Sequence record: PZ445448.1
DNA: 64,000 bases
Source of the DNA: a phage
Direction: 5' to 3' (one strand)
A model generated the notes under the pieces. It did not search any database and had not been told where the DNA came from. It saw only the letters and a program-made list of their open reading frames with translations. A program made the position numbers and the translations under genes. Positions 57,368 to 64,000 of this stretch are shown piece after piece. The stretch's first letter is position 1, and the number at the start of each line of letters is the position of its first letter.

Positions 57368-57787
57368 ATGAACATTAAATCTAATAATCCGGCATATAGC
57401 TTTGATAACGCTTTTTGTCACGGTCCGGCGGCGAAAGGATTCGAAATCGATGGTAAACTAATTATTGTCAATGTTGACGGGGAAGAGGTTGCAGTATATC
57501 CGGTGGCAGACGTAAAAAGCCGTTTACAATGCCGCATGGATGTTACCGCCTATCAGCTTGATCCGGTCCGCATAGTTGCCCTGGTCCTGGAAGAAGAAAT
57601 TAAAGCCATGCACCATAGCAACAGATTTATTGGTGACGCGCAGGATAATATGAAAGTATGCCGCCATAAAGTTAATGAAGTGCTTAAAGAGTACGGCTAT
57701 AAAGATCTTATGATCAAACGTGAGGAAAAATTCCGCTACCGTAACGACCTGGCAAATCGGATTTTTGAAATATACGAATCATTATAA
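57368..57787 (+). CDS. small-gene block protein (139 aa), unknown function
   Basis: ATG after CTAAGAGGTAAAAACACC; last gene of the block. Confidence 0.6.
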   Translation: MNIKSNNPAYSFDNAFCHGPAAKGFEIDGKLIIVNVDGEEVAVYPVADVKSRLQCRMDVTAYQLDPVRIVALVLEEEIKAMHHSNRFIGDAQDNMKVCRHKVNEVLKEYGYKDLMIKREEKFRYRNDLANRIFEIYESL

Positions 57788-57805
57788 TTTTTTAACTGAA
57801 TTATC

Positions 57806-57830
57806 AAGGGGCTTAGGCCCCTTTCTTTTT
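57806..57830 (+). terminator. rho-independent terminator closing the plus-strand small-gene block
   Basis: AAGGGGC-ttag-GCCCCTT followed by TCTTTTT. Confidence 0.55.
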
Positions 57831-58435
57831 GTCTGCTCTTCCTCCTACCACAAACGGCCCAGCCTGGCAAGTGGAATAATTGACTAGCCATCAATCCCAC
57901 ACACTGTACAAATATACATGGAAAATAACTATTGCATAATTTTTCATTGTGTGGTAGCAGGTCCATTTTTACCCGTTTTCTCTCTCAAAATTGCACGTAA
58001 TGCCGCTATTGCACAAAATTTAACCTGATGCACATCTTCAATATCTTGTCAACAACTAAAAATCTTTATAAGTCATACACTTACACACTCACAAAAGCGT
58101 GTTCTACGTGAAAAATCGAGTATAACTATAGCCGCCAGATCTCAGAATTTACGTACGCTCACCATTCTATAGTCTGCTAAGTATTTATTCCAACCATGGA
58201 ATAACGGAATAGTCAATACCTGCATAAAATAATTATTCGTGTAAACTGCATAACATAAATCAGCTCAGGTGTCAACATTTTTCGTAAACAGTCCGAAATT
58301 GTCACGGTGAGTTATCATAAACAGAGAAATATTTAGTCGTCTAATGTTTACTGTACATTACTATACTGACTGGAATCATTAGATGACTAAGAGAAAGATA
58401 AGAAATAATTAACAATACAATTATTTTATCTGTAA

Positions 58436-58632
58436 CAATAAGGCAACTATGCAAACGAATGGCATGGCGCGACGGAGTCGCGACATAATATAAAAGCAGT
58501 AACCATCACCCCCGTGATAGTTTGTCTGCAAACTATTAATCAGATCATAGTTGCCTTGTATTTAGTTAATCATGACATAACAAGCAAGGCAACTATAGAT
58601 CTTCTAATAGTTGCCCTGCTTTTATATTATGT
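58436..58632. repeat. nested palindromes: four copies of AAGGCAACTAT (two per orientation) inside an outer 15 bp inverted repeat
   Basis: AAGGCAACTAT at 58438 and 58586 (forward), ATAGTTGCC at 58544 and 58607 (reverse); outer arms ATAATATAAAAGCAG (58484) / CTGCTTTTATATTAT (58615). Confidence 0.5.
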
Positions 58633-58755
58633 CATAGAAACACCCGAAGGGGTGACCAAAGGTCACCTGGCATGGCCAGTGAAAGATTATTAACTTGTTA
58701 ATTGTTAACTTGCTAATTGTTTTCATGCAAACGAATGTCATGGCTTATCCTATCT

Positions 58756-58815
58756 GTGTAAACAGTCAAGGTGTAAACTATCCAGGCGTAAACAATCTAT
58801 ACGTGAACAGTGAAA
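58756..58815. repeat. four tandem 15 bp iterons (GYGTAAAC-type)
   Basis: GTGTAAACAGTCAAG / GTGTAAACTATCCAG / GCGTAAACAATCTAT / ACGTGAACAGTGAAA, head to tail. Confidence 0.5.
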
Positions 58816-59377
58816 CATGAAATAATAACAGTCGTTATTGTGTCGAAAGTGTATAAGGTGTCATAGTATGTCAGACAAGTTTTTCTCCTCTTTGTCAAGT
58901 GCTGCATGAAAAATTTACAAGCTTGTATGGTAGCATTTTTGCTGCCCTGTTTACATTCAGTTGTGTATGTATAACCCTTGTTGTGTGGGCGTTTAGACGT
59001 CTAGACGGTTGGAAGTCCGCAGGTTAATATCTAATCTATTGGCTGCTAACTATATCCCACACAAATAGTAAGAAATATAATTGTTATGTGCGTAAACAGT
59101 AACTCATGTTATCAATCCCTGTATGTATCGCCAGTGGTGCGCATAATGGGTATTATGTTAAATTGCCCGTAATGATAACTATTCTCACAATGATAGGTAT
59201 TCTCATTCACTCCCACAAGATAGGTTGCAAATGTTGTGCCACTGTGTGAACGGCCTCACCTATTAATTTGCCTCACTGCCTCGATATTTGAGAATTGTTA
59301 TAAGAATGAGAAGTATTCCCATTTCGTCCGCCTGGCAGCACTCCAGTCGCTACCGCTCATGACAGGGCAGAACTAGA

Positions 59378-59620
59378 CCCTCTTCAGATATTTCTGGCTG
59401 ACTCTTCAGGCCTGTGTGGGAAAAGCCAACCTCTCCGGCGGCGGGGAGGGGTTTGTCAGGAAAATTGCAGGTCAATTAAAAAATTTACGTGGTATATGAA
59501 GCGCTCTTCAGGTAAGGCATGTATTATGGGATGAAACCCTCTTCAGGCAATGATATTTGTGGGTGTGATATTTGCTGGAAAGCCAGATATGACGGGACTC
59601 CCGGCGGGGCAGGGGTAGTA
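59378..59620. repeat. degenerate tandem repeats with recurring CTCTTCAGG motif
   Basis: CTCTTCAG(G) at 59378, 59402, 59504, 59539 (also 59954 and 60601); related GC-rich units CTCCGGCGGCGGGGAGGGG and CTCCCGGCGGGGCAGGGG. Confidence 0.45.
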
Positions 59621-60311
59621 CAGACAGGGGAAATATGGAGGATGTAGTTGGGGGAGTTGATCAAACAGGTAGAGTATGGAATATGTTACAAGTATGTTAA
59701 ATATGGAGGGTGGATATCTGTAGGATTTATGTGTAAAATCAAAGACTTAAGTGGTGTTGTGGTATTTTCTATAAATAATTCAAGTTTAATAGGTAATATT
59801 TGTCTCTATCCGCTTTGTGTGGTAAACAAATTCAGATGGTGTTGGTTTACAAGTGTATACATAATATACAAATTAAAGATACAAGAAACCCCCCTCCCCC
59901 TTCGGCTACCATTCACCTTTTCCTCTGACTGGTACTTAAACACTTATTCAGACTCTTCAGGTTATCACCCATATATCATATGGCAGTGACTGGTGTCCTC
60001 CGGCCCCTCTTTCGTCACCCGTCCGCTTCGCCATGCTAATGCCATAGCCAATGGTTCGGTTGTTCACCCTGTTCACTCAGGTGTATCTCCATACCCCTTC
60101 AAACCGAAGAGAACAGAAAACCCGAATTACTCGGTAAAAGAAAAGAGAAGAACTTAATTTTATCAGGATAGGCAAGAATGTCAAGGCATGACTGCTCACT
60201 AAACAAGCAAACAGTCATGTGTGGGAGGTAAGTGATTGTGGTGGTAGGAAATTTAGTTGAAAGATGTGTTATAGGTGCTCCCAGCACTTTAGCCGGGTAG
60301 CTAATTGTGTG

Positions 60312-60527
60312 TCAGTCCAGTGGTTCATCACCTACTTCACTGAAATCAATGTTCATGGTCTCCTCCCAACCATCAATCTCAGCACCAGAGTAGAGATCTT
60401 TAGGACTTACTCCCAAAGCATCAGCAACAGAGTCCATATTTAACACCTCTGGCAGGTATGATTTATCGAATTCAAGGTAAATCAGGCCACGAGTATTGTC
60501 AGCTCCACCAAATATTTCTATCTTCAT
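60312..60527 (-). CDS. hypothetical acidic protein (71 aa)
   Basis: ATG after CAGAGGAGATTTC on the minus strand. Confidence 0.55.
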   Translation of the reverse strand: MKIEIFGGADNTRGLIYLEFDKSYLPEVLNMDSVADALGVSPKDLYSGAEIDGWEETMNIDFSEVGDEPLD

Positions 60528-60648
60528 GAAATCTCCTCTGGAAATGAGAGTGTGAACAGGGTTTTATACGTTCCGATGCACAGGAATTATGCACGTTTTC
60601 CTCTTCAGGCCATGCTTTAGCATGAGGAACCTGTGTGGGCTCGGTGCT

Positions 60649-60861
60649 TCATAGTCTACCACCCCTGAACTCTTCGTGCTCAGGCATAATAGAGAACCAG
60701 ATATCTACGATGTCTTCCCACGTTAGGTCATCAGCCTCAGGATCTACCTGGAGCAAAGATGGAGAATCTTCAGAATCGAAGTTTTCCTCTTGCACTGGCT
60801 CAGTCAAGGGACATATAGTCACTCCTTTGGATGTCTCTTCAGATGCATGCGTGTTTATCAT
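60649..60861 (-). CDS. hypothetical acidic protein (70 aa), uncertain
   Basis: Start set at ATG preceded by GGTGGAAC; the longer alternative-start ORF to 61062 has no support. Confidence 0.35.
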   Translation of the reverse strand: MINTHASEETSKGVTICPLTEPVQEENFDSEDSPSLLQVDPEADDLTWEDIVDIWFSIMPEHEEFRGGRL

Positions 60862-61221
60862 GTTCCACCCGTGAGTATTCCGGCAACAGCCGCTATGGAC
60901 GTAATGATCATCAGAATAACCACCAAAACCTCTGACAATGTTTTCATTGTGTATCCCATATTCTCCAAACGATGTGTGGATACTATCACTGGAGCGGCAA
61001 TGTGTCAACAGAAACGCCGCGAGGGTTTGGTTAAAATCCGAGCGTATGGTGATTTGGGTCAAAACGGACGTGCGTTCTCGCTACGCTCGAAATATAGAGT
61101 TGTTTGTAGGAAGCTCTTAAACGCTCTGTAACGAGATTATCTGTCCAAGGTATGCAATCGTGCACCAGATAAAGAAAAGGACGCCACAGAGCGTCCTAGG
61201 TGTCTTAAATTTGATATTTTG

Positions 61222-61521
61222 TTATACCCATGAGGGTTTATCAAGGTTGGAGTAGCTGAAAGGTGTCAAAAGGTGATTGTCAAAATCTCTCAAACTATCC
61301 AGATCTTTCTCCTCGTCCTGACACCATCTGTGCCTACATTTATTGTTGTAGTGCATAGAATGCATAGCGTTCTGCAACTTAACAGGTACAAGTGATTCAG
61401 GAGTAGATAGTATTGTTGGGTATGCCAGAACCACCTCAAACAGTGGAAACACATCGAAACTAAAGTCTACCTCTGCAGAGGTTGATGGCATGTAAGAGTA
61501 TTTAGCCGCCTTTGTAGACAT
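61222..61521 (-). CDS. hypothetical protein (99 aa)
   Basis: ATG after GTGAGGTGGATT. Confidence 0.5.
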   Translation of the reverse strand: MSTKAAKYSYMPSTSAEVDFSFDVFPLFEVVLAYPTILSTPESLVPVKLQNAMHSMHYNNKCRHRWCQDEEKDLDSLRDFDNHLLTPFSYSNLDKPSWV

Positions 61522-61529
61522 AATCCACC

Positions 61530-61856
61530 TCACACAGGTTTGATAATACCTTTACCGAATAATTCTTCGTATCTAATCTTATCCGGATCCCACTCCTGGA
61601 TAATTTCGAAGACAATATCCAACCCAGGGATAATCACTTCTCCAGTGTCAAGTTTGGCAAGAACAAAACCAGAAGGCTGAATGGTTTCCCAGTTGCGCCG
61701 ATTGGAATAGAAGACCTCGAAAATATCGCCGACCTTTATCTGTTGATCAAGATGTTCAAGATTCTCTTTCATATAGACGCAGCGGATTTTTCGTGCAGGC
61801 CATAGACCACCTGCATCACGTTCATTTAGCTCTTTTACAGTAATCGGTATACCCAT
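61530..61856 (-). CDS. hypothetical protein (108 aa)
   Basis: ATG after GAAGGAGATTTGAG. Confidence 0.55.
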   Translation of the reverse strand: MGIPITVKELNERDAGGLWPARKIRCVYMKENLEHLDQQIKVGDIFEVFYSNRRNWETIQPSGFVLAKLDTGEVIIPGLDIVFEIIQEWDPDKIRYEELFGKGIIKPV

Positions 61857-61911
61857 CTCAAATCTCCTTCATAGATAGTAAAAAGAGGGGCCCAAGCCCC
61901 CCTCTTTGTCA

Positions 61912-62217
61912 TTATTCTACAGAGCGTTTGAACAGAATGTCTGCCTCAGACATGTGCTCAACCTCTTCTTCGATTTTAGCGCGACGTTTTTCAGCCTCAT
62001 AGCGAATATCGAACTCGGTAGCCACCAGAGATTTGATGAATTTAGGAGAATACAGGTGATCCTGCTTCTCAACGAGAATGATATCCTTAATGGCATCTTT
62101 CAGATCTTTAATCTGAAGTTGGAGTTCTACCAGTTCTTCGATTGTTTTGCGAAGGCGATCACGCTCTGCAGTGTCAGAAGGAAGAGAGGTGAACAGTTCA
62201 ACTTTAGATTTAGCCAT
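61912..62217 (-). CDS. hypothetical coiled-coil protein (101 aa)
   Basis: ATG after TAAGGAGACTCTTACT. Confidence 0.55.
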   Translation of the reverse strand: MAKSKVELFTSLPSDTAERDRLRKTIEELVELQLQIKDLKDAIKDIILVEKQDHLYSPKFIKSLVATEFDIRYEAEKRRAKIEEEVEHMSEADILFKRSVE

Positions 62218-62245
62218 AGTAAGAGTCTCCTTATGTTGTTTTAAA

Positions 62246-62496
62246 TTAACGTTCTACAAAAATACCGTTCAGTTCAATAACCAGGAATTTCTGGTCTTCA
62301 CTATCGTCTCGTGCCAGCACCTCACAGACGTATCGGTCATCCCCATCATCATCGCAGTCAAATACAAGACTGAGGACTTTATCATGGTAAACCTTCGCAA
62401 CTACCGCCTCGTAAGTATTGCCGATTGTGAATCCAAGATAATCTCCGATGCATTTGACAACAACATGGTCTCCAGCATTTAAGTCAATCTTCGTCA
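62246..62496 (-). CDS. hypothetical protein (83 aa)
   Basis: Start at ATG after AAGGAGCGCAGTA; the longer track ORF uses an unsupported upstream start. Confidence 0.5.
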
Positions 62497-62652
62497 TTAC
62501 TGCGCTCCTTGGGTAATAATACTGTATGTAAAACTTTAACCAGAGATGTGAATAACGCCCCAAAACACACCGATAGCGCTAAAACAGACAAGGCCATCAT
62601 TAAAGCTTCAGTAAAATCAGTCATTCCTCACCTCTTGTTAGTCACTATACTA

Positions 62653-62916
62653 TCATTTATCCTTGTCGTCAAGAACTTTTTTAAATCTTTCAGGGATATC
62701 TCCCGTTCTTAGATAGTTCATGACCTCGCAAGGTTCCCACTTGAATTTCTTACAGAGCAGGGCGGCTGAGATTGTTTCATTGCGAAAAGAAAGGATATTA
62801 ATATCCCACTCTGAGAACCCCAACTTCCGAAGGGTAGCTACAGAAATCCTCACCGCAACCCAGCAGCAAAAACATGCAACAAACGCCACTGCTACAACCC
62901 ACATCAGGATGTTCAT
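62653..62916 (-). CDS. hypothetical protein with N-terminal TM helix (87 aa)
   Basis: Hydrophobic N-terminus ILMWVVAVAFVACFCCWVAV. Confidence 0.5.
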   Translation of the reverse strand: MNILMWVVAVAFVACFCCWVAVRISVATLRKLGFSEWDINILSFRNETISAALLCKKFKWEPCEVMNYLRTGDIPERFKKVLDDKDK

Positions 62917-62925
62917 ATAAGCACC

Positions 62926-63009
62926 TTACTGAAATACAAGACACAGTGTTAAGGTTACTGACCAGCAAATAATTAACAGTGCCGTTGCAACCTTGGCAAG
63001 ATTTATCAT
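62926..63009 (-). CDS. small hydrophobic peptide (27 aa), uncertain
   Basis: ATGA overlap with upstream gene stop; sequence MINLAKVATALLIICWSVTLTLCLVFQ. Confidence 0.3.
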   Translation of the reverse strand: MINLAKVATALLIICWSVTLTLCLVFQ

Positions 63010-63293
63010 AGTGCCTCTAAGATTTCATATCCTTCGGGTCGGAATACAAGCCACTCCGTGGCTCCGTTTGGTCGATACGCTTTATACAGAACAACCTGGT
63101 CTCGGCACATGCACATGGCTACATAGTTTTCATCCACACCTGCAGCCTGCATTGCATCTTCTTCTCCGGCAACTGCTTTGCTTACAACTTCCTTGGTAGG
63201 CAGGTGTGCGATCAGCTCGTCACCATCATTAATTCCAAAATGGCTGAGTTCGCCGTTGGTATCTTTAATCTTAATCTTAACCAGATCTTTCAT
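63006..63293 (-). CDS. hypothetical protein (95 aa)
   Basis: ORF coupled to the flanking minus-strand genes. Confidence 0.5.
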   Translation of the reverse strand: MKDLVKIKIKDTNGELSHFGINDGDELIAHLPTKEVVSKAVAGEEDAMQAAGVDENYVAMCMCRDQVVLYKAYRPNGATEWLVFRPEGYEILEAL

Positions 63294-63622
63294 TAGTCTT
63301 CCCCCAGGTTCAAAGGTCCTAAGATTTCATATGCCAGATTAGAAGTTACAAGAGGGTCTTCTGCGTCTTTAGTATTATACCACCCGTGAATAACCAGAGT
63401 CCCACTTTGTTTCATGTCCAACTGGAACTCTTCTGCCGTTTCCTCATCCAGCTCCAAGATTTCCATAAGGTATTTGATGTTAGGGAGGTATGCAGCTGTT
63501 ACAGTCCCCTCTACCAGACCTTCAGGCCAACCTACATCTGGATGACAAGTAGGAACCAGATTGGTCAGCTTAATGGTGTACGCTTTTTCTGCACGAGCCT
63601 TCAGTAACGGGTCAATCTTCAT
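63293..63622 (-). CDS. hypothetical protein (109 aa)
   Basis: ORF with overlapping start/stop to neighbours. Confidence 0.5.
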   Translation of the reverse strand: MKIDPLLKARAEKAYTIKLTNLVPTCHPDVGWPEGLVEGTVTAAYLPNIKYLMEILELDEETAEEFQLDMKQSGTLVIHGWYNTKDAEDPLVTSNLAYEILGPLNLGED

Positions 63623-63972
63623 TATTCGTCCTCCTCTTCGGTACCTGCTTCCAGTAATAAGTTAAGAATATCTTCTGCACAAGGCTCATAGAACTCTTGG
63701 CCTTCATTATCGATGATTTTGTAGTCATCTCCGCGAATAATCAGAGGATCACTCTCAAAATTATCGAGACCTTTAACAACGACAACACGATCGATTGCCA
63801 TCATTGTAAGAACTTTATCGACATCTTCCTCTGCTACACCATACTGCAGCAGAATGTCTTTGGTAGGAGGAACAGCATCCACCACAACACCGTTACCAAA
63901 ACCTTCCGGTAAGTTAGCTAAAATATCTTCCGGAACCACACTAACATCAAAACCAGTAATTTCTACTTTCAT
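63622..63972 (-). CDS. hypothetical acidic protein (116 aa)
   Basis: ORF ending in acidic tail; TAAATG overlap with the gene beyond. Confidence 0.5.
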   Translation of the reverse strand: MKVEITGFDVSVVPEDILANLPEGFGNGVVVDAVPPTKDILLQYGVAEEDVDKVLTMMAIDRVVVVKGLDNFESDPLIIRGDDYKIIDNEGQEFYEPCAEDILNLLLEAGTEEEDE

Positions 63973-64000
63973 TTACAGCACCTCTTCGTCAACTACTTCA
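63973..64000 (-). CDS. 3' end of a minus-strand gene continuing beyond the window
   Basis: Open frame to the window edge with stop at 63973-63975. Confidence 0.3.

Noticed and set aside
59648-59989. 113 aa plus-strand ORF in the noncoding region
   Set aside because: TTG start, no RBS, low-complexity translation, overlaps the repeat array.
59378-60609. Possible CRISPR array from the recurring CTCTTCAGG motif
   Set aside because: Motif is only 9-10 bp, spacing is irregular (24-650 bp) and flanks are partly similar degenerate repeats.
1-64000. tRNA genes
   Set aside because: Visual scan for T-loop-like GGTTCGA(A/T)TCC signatures and cloverleaf-sized gaps found none; a dedicated tRNA scan was not run.
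1-64000. Lysogeny or integrase module, toxin-antitoxin or restriction nuclease
   Set aside because: No tyrosine or serine recombinase motifs, repressor-operator module or nuclease partner for the methyltransferase was seen; the window looks strictly lytic.

Overview
This 64 kb window reads as part of a large virulent tailed dsDNA phage of a Gram-negative (enterobacteria-like) host; all calls are from reading the sequence and ORF track, with no database search or computed statistics. Layout: (1) 1-14078, plus-strand tail/baseplate module with two paralogous P2 gpH-like tail fibers, a Tfa chaperone and an 1875 aa fiber-like giant; (2) 14125-20869, minus-strand translationally coupled operon including a HAD-like phosphatase and a metallopeptidase-VWA protein; (3) 20949-46233, plus-strand replication/middle block: MoxR-like AAA ATPase, secreted SleB-type hydrolase, GHKL ATPase (rIIA-like), Dda/RecD-like helicase, candidate C5-methyltransferase, primase-helicase, family A DNA polymerase interrupted by a group I intron carrying an HNH endonuclease, SSB-like protein with DDIPF tail, macro-domain protein; (4) 46234-47370, repeat-rich noncoding DNA; (5) 47375-57787, about 30 small genes of unknown function, most with their own sigma70-type promoter and a stereotyped leader, plus three copies of a dyad-embedded promoter-like element; (6) 57836-60311, 2.5 kb noncoding region with nested palindromes, four 15 bp iterons and a recurring CTCTTCAGG motif; (7) 60312-64000, minus-strand small genes. 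No CRISPR array, tRNA, integrase, capsid, terminase or recognisable lysis cassette was seen. The best candidate for an undescribed system is the small-gene block (5) and the noncoding regions flanking it, but no function could be assigned to its products.
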